This document shows positions 1 through 9,641 of a stretch of DNA of 32,000 bases, in pieces. Within the stretch, counting starts at the first letter, position 1. Each line of letters opens with the position of its first letter. This DNA is from Trichodesmium erythraeum IMS101 (lineage in GTDB: Bacteria > Cyanobacteriota > Cyanobacteriia > Cyanobacteriales > Microcoleaceae), in NCBI RefSeq assembly GCF_000014265.1, contig NC_008312.1:660001-692000 (forward strand), in the 5' to 3' direction. The translations under genes were made by a program, and so were the position numbers. Under the pieces are notes generated by a model. That model was not told where the DNA came from. It worked only from the letters and a program-made list of their open reading frames with translations, and did no database searches.

Positions 1-1
1 T

Positions 2-2110
2 CAATTCAGGGAATTGGTAAATGAAGTCACCACAGGGGAAGGTGTTGTAAAGGGAGAACCTTACTATTATTCAGAAATTCGCGAGGCAGGTAGAGACCAC
101 TGGCATTACATCATGGAATTACAGGAAGGGACTTCAACTACAGGTATTGATGACGGACTTTACCTCTTGGAAGTCGAAGTTGAGACTAACGTTCCTGATA
201 GTATTCCTTCCGATCCTATTTATATTCTCTACAATCAAAACCTCTCTCCCGCCCCAGATGCAGACCAAAATACTATTCTGGAGGCTCAAAACTATTTGCT
301 GGAAAACTTCGGGATAACTGAACCTGCTCAAGAATTTAAAGCTTTCTTAGATAGCAGTCAAAACGATGGAGTAGAGTCAGATGCTACAGGAATTGCAACT
401 TTTAGGCTGAATGCAGACCAGACAGAAATAGAATATACGATTGAATTAAATGGAATCGATCTAATTGAAGACCCTGCAGAACGTACAGCTGATAATGCAG
501 TCACCAAAATCAACCTTCACCACCGCGACTATGGTATTAATGGGGATCACGTTTTTAATATCTTTGGGGTGGCGTCCGAAGATGACAATGATATTGAGAT
601 CGACTACGAAAATGAAACGATTACAGGTAAATGGGATTGGTCTGATGCTGCTACCAATTTTACTCGCCATTCTGAGCCGAAATCTGGTGGCACTTATGGT
701 GATAGAAAAAGCCCTGAATTAAAAATTGAAGTTATTGAGGCTTACGATAATAGTAATGGTACTTTAGGTATCAAGCTGCAAGATGGGGAACCTCAAGATG
801 AACTTGACATTTTTGAGGGAACTAAACTTAAATTTGAGAACGGTACTACAGTTGAGTTCACAGAAAATATCACTATATTTCAGGAATTTCAGGAAGAAAG
901 CAGCACTGCTCAAGTAAGTCTCCTAGAAGGAGATGATATTTTGGATGGGGAAATAGCTATTTTACCTCCTGCTCAAAGGTCGGCAACTACTCCCGTGACT
1001 ACTTCTCTAGTTCACCTATTTCATGGGAATCTCTACGTTCAGGTACAAACAAAGCAAAATTTTGACCCTGGTGATATTCGGGGCCAAATATTACCTGTGA
1101 GAACTTTAGCAGATGCCGAAGATGATGTACTTTCTGGCGGTACAGGTAATGAATTATTTGAATTGGATGCCGCTGATGTAGGAGGTGTTGAGATTAAAGA
1201 ATTGGCTGGTCGCGAAACTTTGACTCTTGAAGGTATGGAAACTTCTATGTCAAATTTGCATAGAGAAGATAACGATCTAATTATAGATGTTAACCAAGAT
1301 GGCAGTTTCCAAACAGCGGAGGACCTGACCCTCAAAAACTTTTTTGCAGACGAAGTAGGAGTAGTTGGCAAAGGCTATATTGAGTTAGTTGATGAGATTT
1401 CTGGTAATGAAATTTTAAGAGGTGTTTCTTCTAGTGGGAAGGATTTAGTCCATGGAACTTCAGAAGACGATATTCGGCAAGGTAAGGGGGGTAATGATGT
1501 TATTTCTGGCTTTGGTGGTAATGACGAACTCTATGGTAACCGGGGTGATGATCTTCTCAAAGGTGGTGATGGTAACGATATTCTCAAAGGTGGTTATGAA
1601 AACGATACTTTAAAGGGGAATAGTGGTAATGATACCTTAATTGGTTGGCAAGGTTTCGATATTTTGCTTGGTGGCAGTGGAGAAGATAATCTGAAGGGTG
1701 GTATCGGTCGCGATCGCCTGAATGGAGGAAAGGATGACGATCTGCTCAGTGGTGGAGCGAGTCAGGATAAATTTATCTTTGCTGCCAATAAAACATTTAG
1801 TGAAGCAGATTTAGGTGTGGATGAAATTACTGATTTTGTATCTGGCCCAGATAAAATTATCTTGGATGTAACAGTGTTCACTGCCATTAAGACTACTCCT
1901 GGAGAAAGTCTAGATGAAGGCGAATTTGCTGTGGTGGATAATGAAACTGATGTATTTAGCGCTGATGCTACGATCGTTTATAACTCAGCCAATAGTACAT
2001 TATATTATAATCCTAATGGAGTTGAAAATGGCTTGGGAGATGGGGGTAGCTTTGCCCTGTTATCTAATGAAGCATCTTTGAGTGCAGATGATTTCCTAGT
2101 CAGAGCTTGA
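2..2110 (+). CDS. Secreted CHRD-domain / RTX (GGxGxD calcium-binding nonapeptide repeat) protein, paralog A; 5' end outside the window
   Basis: The frame is open to the window edge; the track ORF 14..2110 begins at an internal TTG. About 80% aa identity to the middle of ORF 6287..9340, and identical over roughly the last 330 aa. CHRD-like signatures: ATGIATFRLN..EIEYTIELNG..INLHHRDYGINGDHV and GNLYVQVQT..PGDIRGQILP. Tandem RTX repeats: GKGGNDVISGFGGNDELYGNRGDDLLKGGDGNDILKGG... Confidence 0.85.
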   Translation, partial: QFRELVNEVTTGEGVVKGEPYYYSEIREAGRDHWHYIMELQEGTSTTGIDDGLYLLEVEVETNVPDSIPSDPIYILYNQNLSPAPDADQNTILEAQNYLLENFGITEPAQEFKAFLDSSQNDGVESDATGIATFRLNADQTEIEYTIELNGIDLIEDPAERTADNAVTKINLHHRDYGINGDHVFNIFGVASEDDNDIEIDYENETITGKWDWSDAATNFTRHSEPKSGGTYGDRKSPELKIEVIEAYDNSNGTLGIKLQDGEPQDELDIFEGTKLKFENGTTVEFTENITIFQEFQEESSTAQVSLLEGDDILDGEIAILPPAQRSATTPVTTSLVHLFHGNLYVQVQTKQNFDPGDIRGQILPVRTLADAEDDVLSGGTGNELFELDAADVGGVEIKELAGRETLTLEGMETSMSNLHREDNDLIIDVNQDGSFQTAEDLTLKNFFADEVGVVGKGYIELVDEISGNEILRGVSSSGKDLVHGTSEDDIRQGKGGNDVISGFGGNDELYGNRGDDLLKGGDGNDILKGGYENDTLKGNSGNDTLIGWQGFDILLGGSGEDNLKGGIGRDRLNGGKDDDLLSGGASQDKFIFAANKTFSEADLGVDEITDFVSGPDKIILDVTVFTAIKTTPGESLDEGEFAVVDNETDVFSADATIVYNSANSTLYYNPNGVENGLGDGGSFALLSNEASLSADDFLVRA

Positions 2111-3040
2111 GGGAATTTGAGCAGTTGAGAGCAGTTTTCATGAAGTATGAGTACAGAGATGTTGGCACTCAGCAGGAGCTATGTAGTCTGCAAAAGTGAA
2201 AACTGCTCCTAGGAAAATATTCAAGGTGTCATAAAAATTGATGGTAGTCCTGTAAAAGTAATAATAAAATTAGAACATCCGGAGATTTTATGGTCTCTAA
2301 TTACAGGATTTTTCATGTTAGTAGACCACAGTAGGGACGCTTTTATGCAACTTCCCTACATGTAAGGTCCCTAAAAGGTTGTGGTTATGGCGTGTAGTTG
2401 ACAATTTGAAAAGGGCTGTAATGAACCGATAGCAAATCATTCATTTGTTAGCCTAGAAGACTTAGAAGAAGTTTGGTTTGAGTGTTGTCCAATAGTTTTC
2501 AAAGAGCAGTTTCTCTGAAAAGCTATCACCTAGGACTATTGGAGGCTAAAAATTCAAGCTGAATTAATCCGATGCTACCGGATTTGATCTTAAACCTCTC
2601 CAAAGATTCTCAAGCATTTACTATAATATTAATCATCAAAAATTTTGCTATACTTAGATTGTATATTTTTAAAGATTATTTATTGATGTAGTTGTATTTT
2701 TAAGGTTTTATCTGTGATTTATCCTGTTATTTTACGAACTATCAAGAATAGCATTACTTTCGATAAATAGTATAACTATCTTTTAGGGAGCGATCGCTGT
2801 TCTCCTCCAGATAGTAGATAGTCATTTTTGAGAGGTTTTGGAGTATTCAAAATTATTATTAGAGTTGTTGGGTATGGGAAAATGTAAAATGCTCAAAAGT
2901 TTACTATATAAAGTTTTTGCTAGTTGGGACATAAAAGCACTCTGAAACTTCAAATTATCAGGGCTTTAACCATTTTTTTCCCTAATTCCTAACAACTCTA
3001 TTGTTAATTATTTACCATCTTTATCCAGTTTTTTCTGGCT
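1075..3040. repeat. Left arm of a ~1.9-kb near-perfect inverted repeat (partner 5500..7322)
   Basis: Reverse-complement correspondence x+y=8397 (stop codons 2108-2110 and 6287-6289). By eye the only differences are near 1088, 1189, 1196 and 1321, a few mismatches at 2849-2856, the 2860-3000 insertion and a 4-nt indel near 3025. Upstream of ~1075 the two genes drop to about 80% nucleotide identity. Confidence 0.85.
2860..3000. mobile_element. MITE-like ~140-bp insertion with imperfect terminal inverted repeats
   Basis: Ends are TAGAGTTGTTGGGTATGGGAAAA and the reverse complement TAGAGTTGTTAGGAATTAGGGAAAAA. No ORF inside. Absent from the otherwise identical partner arm (empty site around 5538-5545). 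Flanked by TA/TAT. Confidence 0.6.
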
Positions 3041-3632
3041 TTCTTTTTCGCCATAAAGTATGATTCATACTAAAATTAATGCTACTATTCTGTAAGCATT
3101 CAGCTATTAAATGCTTATAAAAGGTGGATGAAAGTAGCGATGTTGCATCTGCAATACTGGGGGATAGAAATCCGTTCCGCTAACCCCATAGCCTCTGAGA
3201 TATGATAGCAGTACTTTGATTGATTTGACTTAATTCACTAATCTTATACATGAAAAAACTAAAAGTAAAAAAATAAAAATATAAGCTTTACTTATATTTA
3301 TCTTGGCCCTGGTGGAGCATTGACTTAATCAAAGAATGATGATATAATGTAATTAAAAATATATTATTTAAAGAAACTTCCCTCATGCATACATGAAATG
3401 CATCAAAACAAAGCTCAAACTTAATAACAAACAAAATATAGACCGCGATTTGAGTGAGAGTATCAATTTAAGAAATACAGTCTGCTTAAGAGTTAATATA
3501 AGAGTTAATATCTATGGAAGTCCTGCTGCTGACAGTTCTGGTGGAAGCAGAAAGTCAACATTAAAATATCACTATAAAGAATGTTATAATACGAAATATA
3601 ATGGGTGCTAACGCTATTTAAGGAGATAGTCA

Positions 3633-3986
3633 ATGACTGTAGAATTTAAGCACGTGATGTTGATGGTAAAAGATGTACTGGCATCAGTAAAGTTTTACTC
3701 GGAAGGCTTGGGACTAACGGTTAAAACTGCTAGTCCGGGCTGGGCAGAACTAGATGCGAACGGTACGACTATTGCTCTCCATGCAGCGGAAAATCCACAA
3801 GGCAGTGATTCTCCGATTCTTAGTTTTCATGTAGATGATGTACAAGGGGCGATCGCAGCTTTGGAGCCGATGGGGGCTAAATTAGAGGGAAGAGTTCGGG
3901 AACCATCATTCGGGAAAGTAGCAGCAATGCGCACTCCAGATGGTTATCTAGTGAGCCTTTTGCAACCCACAAAAGTCAGTAAGTAG
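3633..3986 (+). CDS. Glyoxalase / bleomycin-resistance / VOC-family protein (117 aa)
   Basis: AAGGAG Shine-Dalgarno sequence 8 nt upstream of the ATG. N-terminal HVMLMVKDVLASVKFYSEGLGL and the C-terminal beta-alpha-beta-beta-beta pattern (DGYLVSLLQP) are typical of single-domain VOC proteins. Confidence 0.8.
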   Translation: MTVEFKHVMLMVKDVLASVKFYSEGLGLTVKTASPGWAELDANGTTIALHAAENPQGSDSPILSFHVDDVQGAIAALEPMGAKLEGRVREPSFGKVAAMRTPDGYLVSLLQPTKVSK

Positions 3987-4007
3987 TAATATATATCTAT
4001 TTATCCT

Positions 4008-4040
4008 AGAAACCAGGTATATCTGAAAAACCTGGTTTCT
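4008..4040 (+). terminator. Perfect 11-bp hairpin downstream of the VOC gene (candidate terminator)
   Basis: AGAAACCAGGT (4008-4018) pairs with ACCTGGTTTCT (4030-4040) across an 11-nt loop, 22 nt after the stop codon. The T-tract is only what lies inside and just after the 3' stem arm, so terminator function is uncertain. Confidence 0.4.
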
Positions 4041-4044
4041 TGAT

Positions 4045-4164
4045 GCAAAGACTATTGCCTGCCATAACGGTTGAAAAGTATCAGCGCTGTGGTTTCCTAC
4101 TACCAAAACTAGGATTCCCAGACGAAAATGTTCTACTGCAGTCCACAACCACACCTTGTTTTTC
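4045..4164 (-). pseudogene. IS1-family transposase fragment (central part), separated from its N-terminal part by the IS5-family insertion
   Basis: Translation KNKVWLWTAVEHFRLGILVLVVGNHSADTFQPLWQAIV matches the IS1 InsB segment that follows DELWxFVGKK (KxxxWLxxAxD...). It abuts the left end of the IS5-type element at 4165, and the homology ends near 4045. Confidence 0.6.
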
Positions 4165-5086
4165 TTATAGAAGCCATTTGGGATCTTTCTGAAAGACTAT
4201 AATGGATAGAAAATGCCATATTCTAGTAGCTTGACAGATGAGGAGTGGGTTATAATTGAACCCCTGTTACCCAAAAAGAAAAGAACTAAACCCCCCAAAT
4301 GGACTAAAAGAGAAATATTGGATGGTGTTCTCTACCAACTTAAGAATGGTTGTAACTGGTGTGATTTACCCAAGGATTTACCTCCTTATTCGACGGTATT
4401 TTGGCACTACAAACAATGGCGTATTGGAAGGGGTAATTGAGAAGATTAGAGATGTTTTACATGGACAACTGCGTCAAAAGGTAAAAAAAAAAGCGCTCCG
4501 GGACAACTTTAATCATCATTGACTCACAAGCAGTCAAAAATACTTGTAATGCAAGTACAGAGTCGAAAGGATTTTGCTTTTACAAGAGTACTAATGGAAT
4601 CAAGCGGCATCTAGCAGTAGATAGCCTCGGTTTTCCTTTTTTTACTCATTGTACTAAAGCATCAGTCTCTGATGATGTGGGATTAATTGAAATGTTGTCT
4701 GACAATATTAATTACTTCAAATCTAAACCTGTCAATATTCCTAAAATCACTATTCTTCAGACATACGGATATCACCCGGAAAAATTAACGATTGAGTTGA
4801 AAAAAATTTATCCAGCGATTATGACCAAGATTCGGTTTAAGCTCTCACCTAAGCCCTCGAAAGCCCTCGAAGAAGAAGCAGGGACAAAGGGGTTTTGTAC
4901 CCGTCAAAGCTAGATGGGTCATTGAAAGAACTAATTCTTGGATGGAAAGATGTAAGAGTTTAGTCAAAAACTTTGAAAGAACTCTTGAGAATGCCACCAC
5001 CAAGATTAATCTTTGTTTTGTTAGACTTATGCTTAAGAGATTGGCGATCGCCTGAACGGCAAAAAGATCCCAAATAGGTTCTATAA
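4165..5086 (+). mobile_element. IS5-family insertion sequence (~0.92 kb) with decayed transposase
   Basis: Terminal inverted repeats TTATAGAAGCCATTTGGGATCTTT (4165-) and the reverse complement TTATAGAACCTATTTGGGATCTTT (-5086). They enclose a DDE transposase reading frame spread over several frames. Confidence 0.7.
4213..5055 (+). pseudogene. IS5-family (DUF4096 N-terminus + DDE) transposase, at least 3 frameshifts
   Basis: Frame 1 gives MPYSSSLTDEEWVIIEPLLPKKKRTKPPKW..YKQWR. Frame 2 gives GVIEKIRDVLHGQLRQKVKKK and ends at an A10 run at 4482-4491. Frame 3 gives IIIDSQAVKNTCNASTESKGFCFYKSTNGIKRHLAVDSLGFPFFTHCTKASVSDD...PKPSKA. Frame 1 then resumes with GFVPVKARWVIERTNSWMERCKSLVKNFERTLENATTKINLCFVRLMLKRLA. 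The track ORFs 4213..4440, 4256..4522 and 4677..4913 are pieces of this single gene. Confidence 0.75.
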
Positions 5087-5406
5087 ATAACAAAAGTTTC
5101 GAGTTCATCAAGTTCTCCTACTTGAGGCAGTTGTTCTGGGTCGTAGGTATCAGGTAAGCGTTCCCCGGAGTGTTTGATCCAATTGATAATAGTTGGATGT
5201 GTAATCCCTGTCACCCGGGCAATTCTTCTAATACCCATACCGTTAATGTATATTCTCAAGCACAGCCTCTTGATATCATCGCTGTATCCTCGTGGGTGAG
5301 AAGGTTCGATGAACTGACGGCTACAAGCAACGCAAATATAGTTCTGCTTGCCTCGTCAATGGCAATTTTTGCGGATATGCTGGCAGGCATAGTCAGGATA
5401 TTACAT
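5087..5406 (-). pseudogene. IS1-family transposase N-terminal part (InsA-like zinc finger + HTH), with in-frame stops
   Basis: Reverse-strand translation: M*YPDYACQHIRKNCH*RGKQNYICVACSRQFIEPSHPRGYSDDIKRLCLRIYINGMGIRRIARVTGITHPTIINWIKHSGERLPD..VGELDELETFV. It breaks exactly at the right end of the IS5-type element. Confidence 0.6.
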
Positions 5407-5499
5407 AGGTTGAACTATCACAGGTTTTAATGACGTTAACTATTATAAACCAAGAAGCTATTTTTTGAAATAGATTCATCCCGCTATCTACCAACGCCG

Positions 5500-7322
5500 A
5501 AAAAAACTGGATAAAGAAAGATGGTAAATAATTAACAATAATTATCTCGAATACTCCAAAACCTCTCAAAAATGACTATCTACTATCTGGAGGAGAACAG
5601 CGATCGCTCCCTAAAAGATAGTTATACTATTTATCGAAAGTAATGCTATTCTTGATAGTTCGTAAAATAACAGGATAAATCACAGATAAAACCTTAAAAA
5701 TACAACTACATCAATAAATAATCTTTAAAAATATACAATCTAAGTATAGCAAAATTTTTGATGATTAATATTATAGTAAATGCTTGAGAATCTTTGGAGA
5801 GGTTTAAGATCAAATCCGGTAGCATCGGATTAATTCAGCTTGAATTTTTAGCCTCCAATAGTCCTAGGTGATAGCTTTTCAGAGAAACTGCTCTTTGAAA
5901 ACTATTGGACAACACTCAAACCAAACTTCTTCTAAGTCTTCTAGGCTAACAAATGAATGATTTGCTATCGGTTCATTACAGCCCTTTTCAAATTGTCAAC
6001 TACACGCCATAACCACAACCTTTTAGGGACCTTACATGTAGGGAAGTTGCATAAAAGCGTCCCTACTGTGGTCTACTAACATGAAAAATCCTGTAATTAG
6101 AGACCATAAAATCTCCGGATGTTCTAATTTTATTATTACTTTTACAGGACTACCATCAATTTTTATGACACCTTGAATATTTTCCTAGGAGCAGTTTTCA
6201 CTTTTGCAGACTACATAGCTCCTGCTGAGTGCCAACATCTCTGTACTCATACTTCATGAAAACTGCTCTCAACTGCTCAAATTCCCTCAAGCTCTGACTA
6301 GGAAATCATCTGCACTCAAAGATGCTTCATTAGATAACAGGGCAAAGCTACCCCCATCTCCCAAGCCATTTTCAACTCCATTAGGATTATAATATAATGT
6401 ACTATTGGCTGAGTTATAAACGATCGTAGCATCAGCGCTAAATACATCAGTTTCATTATCCACCACAGCAAATTCGCCTTCATCTAGACTTTCTCCAGGA
6501 GTAGTCTTAATGGCAGTGAACACTGTTACATCCAAGATAATTTTATCTGGGCCAGATACAAAATCAGTAATTTCATCCACACCTAAATCTGCTTCACTAA
6601 ATGTTTTATTGGCAGCAAAGATAAATTTATCCTGACTCGCTCCACCACTGAGCAGATCGTCATCCTTTCCTCCATTCAGGCGATCGCGACCGATACCACC
6701 CTTCAGATTATCTTCTCCACTGCCACCAAGCAAAATATCGAAACCTTGCCAACCAATTAAGGTATCATTACCACTATTCCCCTTTAAAGTATCGTTTTCA
6801 TAACCACCTTTGAGAATATCGTTACCATCACCACCTTTGAGAAGATCATCACCCCGGTTACCATAGAGTTCGTCATTACCACCAAAGCCAGAAATAACAT
6901 CATTACCCCCCTTACCTTGCCGAATATCGTCTTCTGAAGTTCCATGGACTAAATCCTTCCCACTAGAAGAAACACCTCTTAAAATTTCATTACCAGAAAT
7001 CTCATCAACTAACTCAATATAGCCTTTGCCAACTACTCCTACTTCGTCTGCAAAAAAGTTTTTGAGGGTCAGGTCTTCCGCTGTTTGGAAACTGCCATCT
7101 TGGTTAACATCTATAATTAGATCGTTATCTTCTCTATGCAAATTTGACATAGAAGTTTCCATACCTTCAAGAGTCAAAGTTTCGCGACCAGCCAATTCTT
7201 CAATCTCAATACCTCCTACATCAGCGGCATCCAATTCAAATAATTCATTACCTGTACCGCCAGAAAGTACATCATCTTCGGCATCTGCTAAAGTTCTCAC
7301 AGGTAATACTTGGCCCCGAATA
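5500..7322. repeat. Right arm of the ~1.9-kb inverted repeat (partner 1075..3040)
   Basis: See the left arm. This arm lacks the MITE-like insertion. Confidence 0.85.
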
Positions 7323-9340
7323 TCACCAGGTTCAGGATTTTGGTTGGTATGCACCTGAACGTAGAGGTTGCCATGAAATAAGTTGAATAGAGAAGTCGTA
7401 ACGGGAGTAGTTCCCGGCATTTGAGCAGGAGATAGAATGGCTATTTCCCCAGCTGGAATATCGCCCCCTTCCAGAATGCTTGCTTCAACTATACTACTTT
7501 TTGCCTTAGATATGGTAATGTTTTCTGTTATTTTAACCCTGGCACCGTTGTCAAAGTTGAGCTGAGTTCCCTCAAAAATGTTGAGTTTATCTTCAGGTTC
7601 TTCATCTCGCAATTTGATGCCTAAAGCACCATTATTGTAGGCTTCAACAACTTCAATTTCTAATTTAGGAGCTTTCCAGTCACCATAAACACCATCAGAT
7701 TTAGGCTCAGAATGGCGAGCAAAATTGGCAGCAGCATCAGACCAATCCCACTTACCTATAATCCTTTCATTTTCGTAATCAATCTCAATGTTATCATCAT
7801 CTTCCGATGGTGTCCCAAAGACGTTCAAAACGTGACTGCCATCAGTGCCGTAGCCGCGGTGGTGAAAGTGAATTTCGGTAATGGCGTTCTCAGCTGTACG
7901 CTTTACAGGATCTTCAATTAGGTCAAGTCCATTTAATTCAATGGTATATTCTATTTCTGTCTGTTCTGCATTCAGGCTAAAAGTTGCAAGTCCTGTAGCA
8001 TCTGAATCTACTCCATTTTGACTGCTATCTAAGAAAGCTTTAAATTCTTGAGCAGGTTCAGTCATTCCGTACTCTTCTAGCAGATAATTTTGAGCGGCCA
8101 GAATAGTATCTTGGTCTACATCGGGGGCAGCAGAGAGGTTTTGATTGTAGAGAATATAAACAGGATCGGAAGGAATGCTATCAGGAATATTAGTCTCAAC
8201 CTCAATTGGCAACAAGTAAAGCCCGTCATCAATACCTGTAGGTGAAGTTCCTTCCTGTAACTCCATGACGTAATGCCAGTGGTCATTACCTGGTTCGTCA
8301 TATACTGCATAATAGTAAGGTTTTCCCTTTACAACACCTTCCCCTGTGGTGACTTCATTGGCAAATTCTGCATACCATTCACCTTTATCATTAACATCCC
8401 AGTTTTCTTGAGACCAGGTCATCACCTCTCCACCTGTAGCCACAAAATCTTCACCATTCCATACCTTCAGCTCATCTAGAAAGTTGACTTGGAAATAGGT
8501 ATTGCGTTCGCGATCGAAAGAATCATCAGCAGGACTCCCGTCTACAGGAGTTTCATAGAACATATCTATCTGTGGTGTAAAGCCTGGAAAATAGGATGCG
8601 TTATTAGTATAACGATAGTCAAAGGCAGTATCTTTTTCTTCTATTTCCCGGTCATCCCAAATCCCAACTGGACTTAAAGTGAGATAGTCATCAGAAAATA
8701 TATTGGTGTAGGCGTTACTCACCCTATCATCTTTGCCAAGATAGGCTCTGACTTTACCTGTTTCATCTTGACCGACATAAAATTGTAACCCGTGAAATAC
8801 TCCAGGATAATCTTGAATAACTTGTGGTAAAAAAGCTATCTCTGAAGCAACTGAACCAATGCGGCTTTCTAAATCCCAAGTTCCCCCTTTTAATGGGTTG
8901 CCCACCTGATGTTTTGAAGCAGCAATATTGGCTCCAGTGAATTTATGTAAAAGTTGGAGCAAGTTATCTGATTGACTGGCAATATTACAACTATAGAGTA
9001 ATATATCGACAATTCCCCATTCTTGGAGATATCCGGTATATTTGGGAAGATTCTGCTCGCTTATTGGTGTTTTTCCCAAATATAAAATGCCAGGGTCGCC
9101 GTGACAAACAATATGTAAACTATTAGTTGGGTAATTAGATAAAAGTTCGGTAATTTGTTCTATACCATCACGCTTAGGGTCAATTAAAGCTACTTTTGTT
9201 TCTGGAGTAACTCCTGTAGTTAACTGGCGATAATTTTCCACTCTCGTGTCAATTACCATTAATCTTTTCTGCTGTCGCACTTGCTGCAAATTTTGGTTGA
9301 TTTCTATTGATTCTGTAGCTTTTTTTAAGATTGAGTTCAT
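6287..9340 (-). CDS. Secreted DUF4347 / CHRD / RTX-repeat protein, paralog B (1017 aa, full length)
   Basis: GAGGA 8 nt upstream of the ATG. The N-terminus (LMVIDTRVENYRQL..DGIEQITELL..SLHIVCHGDPGILYLG..ILLYSCNIA..TGANIAASKHQVGNPLKGGTWDLE) has the DUF4347 pattern seen at the start of giant RTX/cadherin-type exoproteins. CHRD signatures and about 10 GGxGxD nonapeptides follow. The C-terminal tail resembles a type I secretion substrate. Confidence 0.9.
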   Translation of the reverse strand: MNSILKKATESIEINQNLQQVRQQKRLMVIDTRVENYRQLTTGVTPETKVALIDPKRDGIEQITELLSNYPTNSLHIVCHGDPGILYLGKTPISEQNLPKYTGYLQEWGIVDILLYSCNIASQSDNLLQLLHKFTGANIAASKHQVGNPLKGGTWDLESRIGSVASEIAFLPQVIQDYPGVFHGLQFYVGQDETGKVRAYLGKDDRVSNAYTNIFSDDYLTLSPVGIWDDREIEEKDTAFDYRYTNNASYFPGFTPQIDMFYETPVDGSPADDSFDRERNTYFQVNFLDELKVWNGEDFVATGGEVMTWSQENWDVNDKGEWYAEFANEVTTGEGVVKGKPYYYAVYDEPGNDHWHYVMELQEGTSPTGIDDGLYLLPIEVETNIPDSIPSDPVYILYNQNLSAAPDVDQDTILAAQNYLLEEYGMTEPAQEFKAFLDSSQNGVDSDATGLATFSLNAEQTEIEYTIELNGLDLIEDPVKRTAENAITEIHFHHRGYGTDGSHVLNVFGTPSEDDDNIEIDYENERIIGKWDWSDAAANFARHSEPKSDGVYGDWKAPKLEIEVVEAYNNGALGIKLRDEEPEDKLNIFEGTQLNFDNGARVKITENITISKAKSSIVEASILEGGDIPAGEIAILSPAQMPGTTPVTTSLFNLFHGNLYVQVHTNQNPEPGDIRGQVLPVRTLADAEDDVLSGGTGNELFELDAADVGGIEIEELAGRETLTLEGMETSMSNLHREDNDLIIDVNQDGSFQTAEDLTLKNFFADEVGVVGKGYIELVDEISGNEILRGVSSSGKDLVHGTSEDDIRQGKGGNDVISGFGGNDELYGNRGDDLLKGGDGNDILKGGYENDTLKGNSGNDTLIGWQGFDILLGGSGEDNLKGGIGRDRLNGGKDDDLLSGGASQDKFIFAANKTFSEADLGVDEITDFVSGPDKIILDVTVFTAIKTTPGESLDEGEFAVVDNETDVFSADATIVYNSANSTLYYNPNGVENGLGDGGSFALLSNEASLSADDFLVRA

Positions 9341-9537
9341 CTTGACAAATCCTCAAATTGATAAAAATTTCTAATAAAGGAATCCTAATTTCTCTCTAAA
9401 TTTTTTGTCAAAAGACAATTTGTCAAATATAAAATAACTATAAAGTATTGGAGCTGAATTTTAAATTTGTCTTATAGTTGATTTTTTTATTTTTTACCCT
9501 GGCAAACTGAATTATAATAATCCTTCTCAATATAAAG

Positions 9538-9575
9538 AAAAAAAAAGGGGGAGAGAAATTCCCCTTTTGCCCCCT
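9538..9575 (-). terminator. Rho-independent terminator of nrdJ
   Basis: On the minus strand: GGGGGCAAAAGGGGAATTTCTCTCCCCC followed by T9. The sequence is G/C-run hairpins then a 9-T tract, about 70-100 nt downstream of the nrdJ stop (9642-9644). Confidence 0.6.
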
Positions 9576-9641
9576 TTCAAAGGTTTTTTTACTTACATTT
9601 TAGAGCTAGATGCACTACGACATTCTTTTTCACCTCTAGCT

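Noticed and set aside
1039-1371. 110-aa ORF antisense to RTX paralog A, mirrored by ORF 7026..7358
   Set aside because: Both lie inside the inverted-repeat arms, antisense to well-supported CDSs. They are Ser/Pro-rich low-complexity translations. Their similarity to each other only reflects the repeat.
3393-3611. 72-aa ORF upstream of the VOC gene
   Set aside because: AT-rich low-complexity sequence containing a 12-nt tandem duplication (AGAGTTAATAT x2). No RBS and no recognisable domain.
5170-5430. 86-aa plus-strand ORF
   Set aside because: Antisense to the IS1-family transposase remnant, whose reverse-strand translation has clear family motifs.
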